Assembly (NCBI GenBank): GCA_003282445.1
Contig: QBZE01000005.1
Location: 14,172-78,171, forward strand
Origin: OCS155 cluster bacterium AG-333-G23
GTDB taxonomy: Bacteria > Actinomycetota > Acidimicrobiia > Actinomarinales > Actinomarinaceae
DNA length: 64,000 bases
Direction: 5' to 3'
Part shown: positions 52,652-62,408 of the stretch, piece after piece
How positions within the stretch are numbered: position 1 is the stretch's first letter
Layout: each line of letters starts with the position of its first letter
The notes under the pieces: generated by a model
Databases searched by the model: none
Seen by the model: the letters and a program-made list of their open reading frames with translations, nothing else
What the model was told of the DNA's origin: nothing
Position numbers and translations under genes: made by a program

Positions 52652-53338
52652 TTACTCTTCTATAAGCTTTTCTAGCTCAAATATGTCCTCTATATATGTA
52701 ACTTTCATATTTCTAGGATCACCTGGGATAATCATTGCTTCCATTCCTAAGTACTTAGAAACACATTCTGTAGTGTCTACTGCTTGCCAATTATCTAATT
52801 TAGCTAGTTCGTAAGATTCCCATAGTTCTTTTGCTGGAAATACTTGTGGAGTCTGAACTTCGATGATTGTCTCATCTTCTTCGGCTTCATTGCTATTCTC
52901 TTTTTGACTTAAATTTATTGAACTAAAGCCAGGAGCTGATCCACCATACTTAATAGCTACATTTATTAATTCATTTATAAGAGGTTCTGGCAGAAAAGGT
53001 CTTGCACCATCGTGGATCAGGATTAGATCTTTATCTTCAACTTTGTTTGATTCTTTTAAATAATTTAATCCTTCATACTCACTTTCATGTCTCGAGTTAC
53101 CTCCAACTGTTACGCCAATTAATTTTTTTGGATCAACTAATTCAATTACATTATTGGTTTTGTCCCAGTCCTCCTCTCTAATGACAAGGACTATCGAATC
53201 AATAATGCTAGATTTCTCTAAAGTTTCTAATGGCCAACATAGTGCTGGTCTTCTTCCTATTGGAAAGTAAACTTTATTTTCTTCATTAGAGAATCGATTA
53301 CTGGAACCTCCCGCTAGAAGAATTGCGTGTGTCTTCAT
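52652..53338 (-). CDS. ispD: IspD-family cytidylyltransferase (MEP cytidylyltransferase, or an alditol-phosphate cytidylyltransferase)
   Basis: 228 aa. It has ILLAGGSSNRF, LIHDGARPF, QTPQVF and KVTYIEDI. It overlaps ptsI by 4 nt. Confidence 0.7.
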   Translation of the reverse strand: MKTHAILLAGGSSNRFSNEENKVYFPIGRRPALCWPLETLEKSSIIDSIVLVIREEDWDKTNNVIELVDPKKLIGVTVGGNSRHESEYEGLNYLKESNKVEDKDLILIHDGARPFLPEPLINELINVAIKYGGSAPGFSSINLSQKENSNEAEEDETIIEVQTPQVFPAKELWESYELAKLDNWQAVDTTECVSKYLGMEAMIIPGDPRNMKVTYIEDIFELEKLIEE

Positions 53339-54966
53339 AAATTTAATTTTTTTAATTCTTCTCTAACTTCAGTTGAGTTCTCAAGAGCTAATATATTATC
53401 TTTAATTTTGTTTAAATCCATATCTTTTATTTTATTTAGTTGCTGGAATACAAAAGGAGCTGATGAAGGAGACATGCTGAAAACTCTTAGCCCCAAAGCA
53501 TAGAGAGCTGATGCTGATATTGAGTCAGAGGACATCTCGCCACATACAGAAACTTCTACATTGTTCTTGTTAGCTGTTGATATTACATTTTCTAAGGTCC
53601 TTAATACTGCAGGATGAAGGGGGTCTTGATACTTAACAAGATTTGGATTGCCTCTGTCGGCTGCCATAATATATTGCGTTAGATCATTCGTTCCGATGGA
53701 AAAGAAGTCAACATACTTAGAAAATTCTTCAATTAATAATGTTGATGATGGTGTTTCAATCATTATTCCTACTTCTGGTTTATTGATTTTTAATTTATCA
53801 GCTATTGTTTCAACTATCTGATTTGATTCAAGAAAATCTTCAATTGTAGATATCATTGGAAACATTATTTTGACTCTTTCAACATTTTTAGAAATTAATA
53901 TTGATTCAATTTGTGTTTCAAATAATTCTTTTTTTTCTAATGAAAGTCTTATGCCTCTTACACCAAGGAAAGGATTTTCTTCCTGAGGAAGATCTAAATA
54001 ATCAACCTGCTTATCTCCACCAATGTCTAAAGTTCGATATACAATTGTTCCGGAAAATTTTTTTTGTATATTTTCAAGTATCGTTTTTTGCTCTTCTGTT
54101 GTTGGGATGCTTGATCTGTCTAAATATATAAATTCAGATCTAAATAAACCTATAGAATTAAGAAATGGATGGTCAAAAGAGTTTATTTCTTCATTAGAAC
54201 CAACATTTACCCTGAATTCTAGATCTGAAGCTTCATATATATCTTGCGTGAACGCACTAACTATTTCTTCTTGCATTTTTGATCTCTCATTTATCTCTTT
54301 AATAGTTTTGTCATCAGGATTAATATTTATTTCACCGGTTTCACCATCAATTGAAATTGCATCTTTATTTTTTATAATGTTTATTTCTTCTCCAATACCA
54401 ATAATGCATGGAATGCCTAGATTTTTAGCAACTATAACCGCGTGTGACGTAGTTCCTCCTTCTTTAAGAATAATTCCATTTATATAGCTCATATTCATTG
54501 ATGAAGTATCAGCTGGTGTTAAATCAACAGCTACAATTATTGAATTGTTTTCTAGTTCCACTGAAGAAGTAATCCCCTGCATTGTGTTTATCAAATGTTT
54601 TCCAACTGACAATAGGTCTTCTGCTCTTTGACTAAAATATTCATCATCCATTGACTGTAAAATCTCAGCATTTGCTTTAAAAACTTCAAATACATCAGCT
54701 ACAGAAGTGTTGTTATCTTCATTTATTCCATTAATAACTTCAGGGTCTTGCATTATTAAAATATATGCATCTAAAACGTCTGCTTCGTCTTTTCTTTCAT
54801 TTTCCTTAAAATCTTTTATCTGTAAATTAAATTTTTCGGTAAGTGTTTTGACAGCTTCTTCAAAAGTTAATTGAGCTTCAATGTTTAAATCAATTTCATT
54901 TTCATAAATAAAAGCAGCGCCAATAGCTGTCCCGATGGATACACCATTTCCTTTAACAGTTTTCAT
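53335..54966 (-). CDS. ptsI: Phosphoenolpyruvate-protein phosphotransferase (PTS enzyme I)
   Basis: 543 aa. It has GGTTSHAVIVAKNLGIPCIIG (phospho-His), NPFLGVRGIR and FFSIGTNDLTQY. Confidence 0.9.
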   Translation of the reverse strand: MKTVKGNGVSIGTAIGAAFIYENEIDLNIEAQLTFEEAVKTLTEKFNLQIKDFKENERKDEADVLDAYILIMQDPEVINGINEDNNTSVADVFEVFKANAEILQSMDDEYFSQRAEDLLSVGKHLINTMQGITSSVELENNSIIVAVDLTPADTSSMNMSYINGIILKEGGTTSHAVIVAKNLGIPCIIGIGEEINIIKNKDAISIDGETGEININPDDKTIKEINERSKMQEEIVSAFTQDIYEASDLEFRVNVGSNEEINSFDHPFLNSIGLFRSEFIYLDRSSIPTTEEQKTILENIQKKFSGTIVYRTLDIGGDKQVDYLDLPQEENPFLGVRGIRLSLEKKELFETQIESILISKNVERVKIMFPMISTIEDFLESNQIVETIADKLKINKPEVGIMIETPSSTLLIEEFSKYVDFFSIGTNDLTQYIMAADRGNPNLVKYQDPLHPAVLRTLENVISTANKNNVEVSVCGEMSSDSISASALYALGLRVFSMSPSSAPFVFQQLNKIKDMDLNKIKDNILALENSTEVREELKKLNL

Positions 54967-55040
54967 TATTTCATCAAGTTACACATAAAAAATGTATTTT
55001 GCAATGATGGATTAATTCAAAATCTTATTAGTTTTAATAT

Positions 55041-55505
55041 GTGAAGTTTTTACTAATTGACTTTAAAAATAATCCAACAATTGGATACATAGACTATTCC
55101 CCAGAAAATGGAGTGGACTTTTCTGATAGGGAAGAGTTTAAAAATATCGAAGATGTTACGAAAAATTATAAAGAAGAATCTTGTATATTGATTGATGAGC
55201 TTTCAGGAGATGCTTCATTCGTCTCTGTCTCAATTAAAAAACTTCTTGATTCTGACTACAAAATAACAACTAAAAATATAACAAATGCCATAAAAACAAT
55301 TGACTCCTCTGGGAAAGTTACTTCTCACCTTGATAGGGATAAGTACAAGAGGCTATCAACTCCAATTAAAATTGAAATGAAATCACTTAAAAATTATTTT
55401 GACAATTTTTCAGAATGGAATTTTGAAAACTACCTAAAACTAAACAACTTTACTTACAAACAGTATCAAGAACTTGAAGAAGGATTGACTTTAGAGTCTA
55501 AATAA
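55041..55505 (+). CDS. Hypothetical protein
   Basis: 154 aa with a GTG start. Its 3' end overlaps the convergent EamA gene by 40 nt. No family was recognised. Confidence 0.35.
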   Translation: MKFLLIDFKNNPTIGYIDYSPENGVDFSDREEFKNIEDVTKNYKEESCILIDELSGDASFVSVSIKKLLDSDYKITTKNITNAIKTIDSSGKVTSHLDRDKYKRLSTPIKIEMKSLKNYFDNFSEWNFENYLKLNNFTYKQYQELEEGLTLESK

Positions 55506-56317
55506 ACTTGCAAGACTCCTACTAATAAAACTATTGAAAAACCTATTATCTGTTTAATCTCAAGATTCTCGTTTAAAATTAATGCACCCAATACAACACC
55601 AGTGACTGGTTCTAAATATGTTATGGTGCTAACAGCTAAAGGTTTAATTACTTTAACAACGTACCAATAAGTAGTTAAACCTAGAGCAGTTAAAAATAAT
55701 CCTAAAAAAAGACTTATTAGAATATTAGATATCATCCAATTCCACGAATCAAATGTAAATTTTATAAGTATAAAAGCTGCGACTATTAATTGTGAAAAAG
55801 CAACTTTTAAGCCTCCTAATTTAGATGAATATCTTTCTCCAATGGTGATGATAAAAGCCAAGCTTACAGCACTAATAAGTCCGTAAATAATACCGGTAAT
55901 TGATTTTACATCTACTAGATCAAGTAAAAGGTAAAGACCTAGGAAACCAGAGAGAATTAATAATATTTGATAGGATTGAAGTTTTGTTCCTCGTGCGTAT
56001 TCAATAAATATAACAAATATTGGATAGGAAAATACTAGCCCTATACCTACCGCAACAGAATTTAGTTCTATTGATTCAAACATTGTGACCCAATGTATTG
56101 CAAGCAGGGGTCCTAATATCAACCCAGGTTTTATAAGTTCTCTTATACTTACATCTTTGTTTAATAAAATTATTCCTAAAAATATTGAACCAATAAATGT
56201 TCTTATTCCAACAAGCGAAATTGAATTAATTTCAGAAGTTCTAATGATTAAAGGTATCGTTCCCCAAGAAACTGCTAAAACAGTTATGGCTAAATAAGCC
56301 CTAAGAACTTGATTCAC
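55466..56317 (-). CDS. EamA/DMT-family transporter
   Basis: 283 aa with a GTG start overlapping the dnaB stop. It has about 10 TM segments in two EamA-like repeats. Confidence 0.7.
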   Translation of the reverse strand: MNQVLRAYLAITVLAVSWGTIPLIIRTSEINSISLVGIRTFIGSIFLGIILLNKDVSIRELIKPGLILGPLLAIHWVTMFESIELNSVAVGIGLVFSYPIFVIFIEYARGTKLQSYQILLILSGFLGLYLLLDLVDVKSITGIIYGLISAVSLAFIITIGERYSSKLGGLKVAFSQLIVAAFILIKFTFDSWNWMISNILISLFLGLFLTALGLTTYWYVVKVIKPLAVSTITYLEPVTGVVLGALILNENLEIKQIIGFSIVLLVGVLQVYLDSKVNPSSSS

Positions 56318-57675
56318 TATTCTTCTTGTTTTGAATAGTTACTAAATTGAGTATATTCCTTACTGAAGTAAAGATCGACTTTTCCTGTTGAACCTGATCT
56401 ATGTTTTACTATATTGACTTCTGCAACTCCTGGCTTTTCAGTAGCAGGGTTATAGTAGTCATCTCTATAAAGCATCATTACGATATCTGCGTCTTGTTCA
56501 ATTGCACCAGATTCTCTTAAGTCTCCAAGCCTTGGTCTTTTATCTTCACGTGCTTCTGCTGCTCTATTTAACTGAGATAAAGCTAGTATTGGAACTTTCA
56601 ATTCTCTCGCTAAGTTCTTGAGGTTTCTACTTATTTCAGCAATTTCTTGTTGTCTGTTGTCACCAGATAGTCCTTGCATCAATTGAAGATAGTCTACAAC
56701 AATTAAATCAAGTCCTTTTGAAGCCTTAAGTCTTCTTGATTTAGCTCTAATATCAGTAACTGTGATTACCGAGGCATCATCAAAATACAGAGGAATGTTG
56801 TTTACTTTAGAAGCAGCTTCAACAACTCTCGACCACTTCTCTGGACCTAACTGTCCTTTTCTAGCATCTCCAGATGTAACTTTTGCTTCTGAGAATAATA
56901 CTCGTTGTACTAGTTCTTCTTTTGTCATTTCAAGAGAAAAGAAAGCAGTTACTTTTTTTTCTTTTGAAACATTTGTAGCAATATTTATAGCTAATGATGT
57001 CTTACCCATGCTTGGACGAGCTGCAATAACTACGAGGTTACCATCTTGTAAACCAGCCAGGGTTGAATCTAAGTCTGCAAAATGTGTAGCTAAACCAGAC
57101 AAACCTGTGCCTTGATTTTCAATTTCTTCTATTCTTTCAATAGCACCATCTAATACATCAGATACTCCAATTAATCCTTCTCCTATTGCGTCATCAGAAG
57201 CACTGAAAATTGACTGCTCTGCTTCATCCATAACATTGTGGATGTCCTTATCTGTCGCATAAGCTAAGAGCTCAATCCTGCTACTTGCTTTTAAAAGCTT
57301 TCTTCTATTTGACTGTTCTTGAACTATTTCAATATATCTTTCAAAGTTTGCTGAACTTGGAACGTTATCAACTAATCTTGCAATGCTTGATGTTTTAAGA
57401 CTTGTTGTATTCTTCTTATCCTTAAATACAACCTCGGAAACAGTAACTGTGTCAATAGGCTTTCCTGAATCAAATAATTCCTTCATGGCTTCAAAAATTG
57501 TCTGATTAGTTGGACTGTAAAAGTCATTTGATTTTATTTCTTCCATCAACCTGCTTGATGCGTCTCTAGATAATAAAGCACTTCCTAATAATGCTTCCTC
57601 TGCTTCAATGCTGTTTGGAGGAGTCTTTTGAAGGTCTGATGAACTCCTTGAAGATATCGCTTCTGGTCCTGCCAT
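56317..57675 (-). CDS. dnaB: Replicative DNA helicase
   Basis: 452 aa. It has PPNSIEAEEALLGS, the Walker A motif ARPSMGKTS, IVVDYLQLM and LSQLNR. No intein is present. Confidence 0.95.
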   Translation of the reverse strand: MAGPEAISSRSSSDLQKTPPNSIEAEEALLGSALLSRDASSRLMEEIKSNDFYSPTNQTIFEAMKELFDSGKPIDTVTVSEVVFKDKKNTTSLKTSSIARLVDNVPSSANFERYIEIVQEQSNRRKLLKASSRIELLAYATDKDIHNVMDEAEQSIFSASDDAIGEGLIGVSDVLDGAIERIEEIENQGTGLSGLATHFADLDSTLAGLQDGNLVVIAARPSMGKTSLAINIATNVSKEKKVTAFFSLEMTKEELVQRVLFSEAKVTSGDARKGQLGPEKWSRVVEAASKVNNIPLYFDDASVITVTDIRAKSRRLKASKGLDLIVVDYLQLMQGLSGDNRQQEIAEISRNLKNLARELKVPILALSQLNRAAEAREDKRPRLGDLRESGAIEQDADIVMMLYRDDYYNPATEKPGVAEVNIVKHRSGSTGKVDLYFSKEYTQFSNYSKQEE

Positions 57676-58127
57676 TATCCAGACTCCGGAATTACTTCAA
57701 GAACAACATCAAAATCTACATCTTCGCTTATTCTGATTTTTATATTATGAAGTCCAATTTCTTTTACTTGATCATTTAATTCAATTTGACTTTCTTCTAT
57801 TTTAAAACCAGAAAATTTCTCTATTACCTCAACAATTTCATTATTCGCTACTGCAGCGTAAAGTGTGCCTTCATCTGTTGACTTCTGAGGAATAACTAAA
57901 TGGGCATCTGCAAGTGCAACCTTTATAGATTCTGCTAATTCTTCACTCTCTGTAATCTCAGCTATTCTTTTCTCTTGAATTTTCTCAGCAATAGATATAT
58001 TGGAATCTGTAGCAACGATAGCTAAATTTTTTGGAAGTAGATAGTTTCTAGCATATCCTTTTGCCACATCAACAATATCGCCCTTTCGTCCTAGTTTTGT
58101 AACATCTGAATTAAGTATTAACTTCAT
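57675..58127 (-). CDS. rplI: 50S ribosomal protein L9
   Basis: 150 aa. MKLILNSDVTKLGRKGDIVDVAKGYARNYLLPKNLA is the canonical L9 N-terminus. Confidence 0.9.
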   Translation of the reverse strand: MKLILNSDVTKLGRKGDIVDVAKGYARNYLLPKNLAIVATDSNISIAEKIQEKRIAEITESEELAESIKVALADAHLVIPQKSTDEGTLYAAVANNEIVEVIEKFSGFKIEESQIELNDQVKEIGLHNIKIRISEDVDFDVVLEVIPESG

Positions 58128-58405
58128 CTTCTGTTGTACGATTGTTTATATGTGCTTGTTGTTACATATGGCAATAAAGCGAGTTCTCTAGCTATTTTTA
58201 TTAGCCTCGCTACCTTTGCTTGTTCTTGCTTTGTAATTCCCGTAATTAAGCTAGATCTTATTTTTCCTCTATCAGAAATAAATTTCTCTAATAACTTAAC
58301 ATCTTTATAGGTAGCATTTGCAATCTGTTGCTTTGTTATTCTTCTTTGCTTTGGAGCTTCATATTTTGAGCTCTTAAATTTTGATGTTCTTTTTTGCTGT
58401 GCCAT
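58124..58405 (-). CDS. rpsR: 30S ribosomal protein S18
   Basis: 93 aa. It matches the pattern YKD..LL.KFIS.RGKI....ITG...KEQ......IK.ARE.ALLPY. Confidence 0.9.
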   Translation of the reverse strand: MAQQKRTSKFKSSKYEAPKQRRITKQQIANATYKDVKLLEKFISDRGKIRSSLITGITKQEQAKVARLIKIARELALLPYVTTSTYKQSYNRR

Positions 58406-58414
58406 AGATATTCC

Positions 58415-58846
58415 TTAAAAAGGTGCTTCGTTTTCTTCGAAATCATCTCTAGCTTTTGGTGCGTCAGTACCAGATGCTGAACCTCCTGATGATGTTCTTT
58501 CTATGTTCGCACGTGCCCATCGTAAACTTGGAGCAACCTCATCAATAGCTATATCAACTACTGATCTATTTTGTCCTTCTTGGTTTTCCCAAGATCTATA
58601 ATTTAATCTTCCGGTAACAATGACTCTCATGCCTTTCTGTAACGAAGAAGCCGCATTTTCTGCCATATCATTCCAAACTGTTCCTTGGAAATACATTGGC
58701 TCTCCTTCTTCCCATGAACCGTCTGAATTTCTCTTCCTCTTATTTTGTGCAATCCTTATTTCAGCTAATGTTGCACCTGAATCGGTAACTCTAACCTCAG
58801 GATCTGCTGTTAAGTTACCTACTATTGTTACTGTGTTGTCTACCAT
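58415..58846 (-). CDS. ssb: Single-stranded DNA-binding protein
   Basis: 143 aa. The OB-fold is VTIVGNLTADPEVR...; it also has VTGRL and an acidic tail ending in APF. Confidence 0.9.
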   Translation of the reverse strand: MVDNTVTIVGNLTADPEVRVTDSGATLAEIRIAQNKRKRNSDGSWEEGEPMYFQGTVWNDMAENAASSLQKGMRVIVTGRLNYRSWENQEGQNRSVVDIAIDEVAPSLRWARANIERTSSGGSASGTDAPKARDDFEENEAPF

Positions 58847-58858
58847 TTTTATCTACCT

Positions 58859-59146
58859 CTAGCTTTCCATCTTTAACACTTTGTGTCTAATAACATCATC
58901 AGATATTTTTAGCACTCTATCTAGCTCATTTGGAAGATTTGCAGGACCTTCAAATGTAGTAATTGTATAAATACCTTCATCAAATGTATCTATTTGATAT
59001 GCTAGTTTTCTTTTTTTCCAAACACCTTGTTCTTCAACCTTACCTCCATTTGAAGTAATAATTTCGGTAATGTTTTTGTGTATTTCGTCTACTGTATTGT
59101 CTTCAGTAGTAGGTCTCAAGATTGAGACTAAATCATATTTTTTCAT
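58859..59146 (-). CDS. rpsF: 30S ribosomal protein S6
   Basis: I set the start at ATG 59146 (MKKYDLVSILRP...), preceded by AGGAGAAAA. The tracked start at 59182 would add 12 unsupported residues. Confidence 0.9.
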   Translation of the reverse strand: MKKYDLVSILRPTTEDNTVDEIHKNITEIITSNGGKVEEQGVWKKRKLAYQIDTFDEGIYTITTFEGPANLPNELDRVLKISDDVIRHKVLKMES

Positions 59147-59164
59147 TTTTCTCCTATGGACACT

Positions 59165-59191
59165 GTACGTGGCTTCTTTCAAAGCAGGTAC
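59165..59191 (-). promoter_or_regulatory. Candidate rpsF 5'-leader hairpin
   Basis: On the minus-strand RNA the sequence is GUAC-CU-GCUUU-GAAA-GAAGC-CAC-GUAC. This gives a 5-bp stem with a GNRA loop, an internal loop and a 4-bp closing stem, 19 nt upstream of the rpsF ATG. Confidence 0.25.
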
Positions 59192-59216
59192 TTATTAATT
59201 TAATACTAGATAAGAC

Positions 59217-60080
59217 TTATGACAGAATTTTCTTAACTTCTTTTTTCCACTCTTTAATATTCTCTTCTGTGAGCTCTCCGGCCTCATAAGAATGGTTTTC
59301 AGTAGGAAAATCCCTATTTTCTATCTCTTTTTTAAAACTTTTCATACTTTCTAATACATCTTCATATTGGTTTGTGTATCTTTTAACAAATTTTGCATCG
59401 ATATATTCTTTTGATTTCATACCAATCAAATCGTGATATACAAGAACTTGTCCGTCAACATTTACTCCAGCTCCTATACCAATTGTTGGGATAGATATAT
59501 TTTCTGAGATAGTTTCAGCGAGAACAGAGGGGACTCCCTCTAGGACAATAGCAAAACAACCAAGCTCATCTAATAAGACAGCATCTTCTAATAATTTTGT
59601 TGCTAGCTCTAAAGTTTTTCCTTGTATTTTATAACCACCCATAACATTTTTTGATTGAGGTGTTAAACCTAAATGACCCATAACTGGTATTTCTGCATCA
59701 ATTAATGCTTCTATCATATTTTTTCTTTTAGAACCACCTTCTAATTTAACTGCATCTGCTTTTCCCTCTTGTATGAATCTTGATGCATTGTAAAGTGTTT
59801 CTTTAGGGGTGCTGTGAAAACTCATGTAAGGCATATCTGCCACTACAAGTGATGTTGGTTTAGCATTAGTAACTGCTTTAACATGATGTAACATTTCATC
59901 AATAGTTACTGATAAAGTATCGTCGTGACCAAGAACAACTTGGGCTAGTGAGTCGCCAACTAAGATAATATCAATCTCTGCTTCTGAAACTGCTTTTGCC
60001 GAAGGATAATCATATGCTGTCATCATAGAGATGACTCGTTCATTCTTTAAATTAACTATTTTAGGTACTGTATTTTTCAT
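59217..60080 (-). CDS. panB: 3-methyl-2-oxobutanoate hydroxymethyltransferase
   Basis: 287 aa. It has MMTAYDYPSA, ILVGDSLAQVVLGH, KLEGG and GHLGLTPQ. Confidence 0.9.
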   Translation of the reverse strand: MKNTVPKIVNLKNERVISMMTAYDYPSAKAVSEAEIDIILVGDSLAQVVLGHDDTLSVTIDEMLHHVKAVTNAKPTSLVVADMPYMSFHSTPKETLYNASRFIQEGKADAVKLEGGSKRKNMIEALIDAEIPVMGHLGLTPQSKNVMGGYKIQGKTLELATKLLEDAVLLDELGCFAIVLEGVPSVLAETISENISIPTIGIGAGVNVDGQVLVYHDLIGMKSKEYIDAKFVKRYTNQYEDVLESMKSFKKEIENRDFPTENHSYEAGELTEENIKEWKKEVKKILS

Positions 60081-60242
60081 ATTTATCTCTCCGCCTTATT
60101 GGTCGAAGGACTTATATCTATTTTATATTAAAAATTTCAATAAACAAAAACTTATAATTAATATCTAAAGTGCGTGAAAAATTTAAAATATCTTTTTCTA
60201 TTAGTATTAATAACATGTAGTAATACGCCTTTTGGAGGTCTA

Positions 60243-60776
60243 ATGTCTGAACAAAATGAAAAAGCTTACTTTGCAGGTGGCTGTTTTTGGTGCATGGAAC
60301 CTCCTTTTGAAGCTTTAGATGGTGTTGTTGGGGCGACCTCAGGCTATATGGGTGGCACAACAGAAAATCCAACCTACGAAGAAGTTACCACTGGAAAAAC
60401 AGGACACGCAGAAGTAGTTGAAATAGTATTTGATCCAAGTATTGTCTCCTATGAAGAGCTGTTAGAAGTGTTCTGGAGAAATATTGACCCTACTGCATTG
60501 AACTACCAGTTTGCTGATGTTGGTTCTCAATACAGAACTGAAATATTTACTGTTGGTGACAAACAAAAGAAACTTGCTGAAGAGTCGAAAATTAAATTGG
60601 AAGAATCAGGAAAGTTCGATAAGCCAATTGTTACTGCTATTACTGAAGCTCCTACTTTCTATATTGCTGAAGAATATCATCAAGATTTTTATAAAAAACA
60701 AAGTGTTCGCTATCAACTTTATGCAAAAGCAAGTGGTAGAAAAGGATTCCTAGAAGAAACTTGGGGCGACAACTAA
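60243..60776 (+). CDS. msrA: Peptide-methionine (S)-S-oxide reductase
   Basis: It has the GGCFWCME active site (Cys codon TGT). I preferred ATG 60243, which is preceded by GGAGG at 60234-60238. The tracked GTG at 60174 would add a lipoprotein-like leader. Confidence 0.85.
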   Translation: MSEQNEKAYFAGGCFWCMEPPFEALDGVVGATSGYMGGTTENPTYEEVTTGKTGHAEVVEIVFDPSIVSYEELLEVFWRNIDPTALNYQFADVGSQYRTEIFTVGDKQKKLAEESKIKLEESGKFDKPIVTAITEAPTFYIAEEYHQDFYKKQSVRYQLYAKASGRKGFLEETWGDN

Positions 60777-61741
60777 GACTTTAAAGTTTTGTAAAGAGTT
60801 TCTTTCCATCTTTTATTATCTATTTCCCAACAGACCTTAATATTTCTTTCTGTACTGGACCACCATTCGTCTATATTTGGCTCATTTTCTCCAACATGGA
60901 GTTGATCAACAATAGTCATTCCTCTAGATGGTCCATCAAGCACAATTTTCACGTTATGTTTGGATACTCTTTTTACAACTTCTTCATCTAAAGCAACTGC
61001 CATAGCAACAGGATCAGGCAATCCAAGGCCTGGATCCCCTAACCAATTCTGGCTTGAATCAAGTGCGTGCTTATTACAATCTATAGCAAAATCTCCTTTT
61101 TCAGTTTTAAAGTTATATACATACTCCATTTCTTCCTCAGTCAAATTTGCTTCTCCTCTACAAAGTTCCCACCCAACCATTGTTATATCAGGGTGTTGTG
61201 ATTGAAAAACTGCATCTGCAGCTTCTGGGTCACACCAGATGTTATATTCTGCAGCAGGTGTAACATTTCCTACTGTATTAGACGCACCTCCCATAATTAC
61301 AATATTTTTTAACATTAAGAATGAATCAGGATATTTTGTAATAAAGTTCGCAATATTAGTAAGAGGGCCAAGTGTTACGAGTGTTATTTCATTTGGGTTT
61401 TCATCAATTAGATTTTTTAATACTTCTATAAAATCATCAGATGATTCTGTATTTTTTGGATCAGGATAATTCATTCCTCCCATGCCGTCTGGTCCATGAA
61501 ACCAATCAGCATGTTCTGTTTTCTTTACTAAAGGTTTCGCAGCACCTACGTAAACTGGAATATTTTTTTTACAGAGCTCAACAGTATATCGAGCATTGAT
61601 ACTCCCTTGTTCTATCGGCATATTCCCTGATACTATGCTTATCCCAAGAACTTCAACATCATCCCACTCTAAAGCCATAAGAATTGCAACTGCATCGTCA
61701 GATGCTGTATCAGTATCAATAAAAAATTTTCTTTTACTCAT
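60773..61741 (-). CDS. Inosine/uridine-preferring nucleoside hydrolase family protein
   Basis: 322 aa. FIDTDTASDDAVAILMAL is the DxDxxxDD Ca-binding signature. Confidence 0.85.
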   Translation of the reverse strand: MSKRKFFIDTDTASDDAVAILMALEWDDVEVLGISIVSGNMPIEQGSINARYTVELCKKNIPVYVGAAKPLVKKTEHADWFHGPDGMGGMNYPDPKNTESSDDFIEVLKNLIDENPNEITLVTLGPLTNIANFITKYPDSFLMLKNIVIMGGASNTVGNVTPAAEYNIWCDPEAADAVFQSQHPDITMVGWELCRGEANLTEEEMEYVYNFKTEKGDFAIDCNKHALDSSQNWLGDPGLGLPDPVAMAVALDEEVVKRVSKHNVKIVLDGPSRGMTIVDQLHVGENEPNIDEWWSSTERNIKVCWEIDNKRWKETLYKTLKS

Positions 61742-61765
61742 TTAATAAACAGGTTATCAAATAGC

Positions 61766-62356
61766 TTACAAACTATCACAATATTTTCTAAGAACTTGTT
61801 TTGGGTAACCATCGCTTACTACAAAGTCTGGATCAGGAGTTAATGTATTTTGTGATTTTATCATCATAAGTTCACGAAATTCATCTGACGTCCTCCAGTA
61901 TCTTATACTAAATTCTTGATTTTCTTCCCACCAATCAACCTCATCTTGAATTGTCCATTGATTGTTGATTGATAAAAGATGTTCTTCTAATGCTAAATTA
62001 GCTTCTTTTGAATCAAGAAAATTATTGTAAAAACCTTCTAAAAGATTTTCAAAAAAGACTCTGTTGATTACATACTTATCTCTTATATTGTCTATTCCAG
62101 ATAGTCCTATTTTGTTAATTCTCAGTGCTTCGTAAACATAATCTAACTTTGTTGCATCTATGCCAGAATATAATCTATATATTTCACTTTCGTAAGCTTC
62201 AATCTGTATCTCATCGAATACTTCTTCAATTTCATCAGCTAATTCAATACAGTTATTTATTTTTTCGTTTGATTCAACCACTTCTAGATCTTCAGTTGGT
62301 GTACAAAATAAAAAAAGAGTAAATATTAAGAGTTTGATTGTGTTTTTTTTCTTCAT
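61766..62356 (-). CDS. Hypothetical secreted/lipoprotein-like protein
   Basis: 196 aa. The signal-like N-terminus is IKLLIFTLFLFCTP. No family was recognised. Confidence 0.45.
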   Translation of the reverse strand: MKKKNTIKLLIFTLFLFCTPTEDLEVVESNEKINNCIELADEIEEVFDEIQIEAYESEIYRLYSGIDATKLDYVYEALRINKIGLSGIDNIRDKYVINRVFFENLLEGFYNNFLDSKEANLALEEHLLSINNQWTIQDEVDWWEENQEFSIRYWRTSDEFRELMMIKSQNTLTPDPDFVVSDGYPKQVLRKYCDSL

Positions 62357-62408
62357 TCTTAATGAAATCCTAGTAGAAAAAATAAAATTACCTCTTTATA
62401 ATTTTTTC

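Noticed and set aside
60288-60300. MsrA as the target selenoprotein of the selAB system. Sec-containing MsrA forms exist in some organisms.
   Set aside because: The active site reads GGCFWC, with ordinary TGT and TGC cysteine codons and no in-frame TGA.
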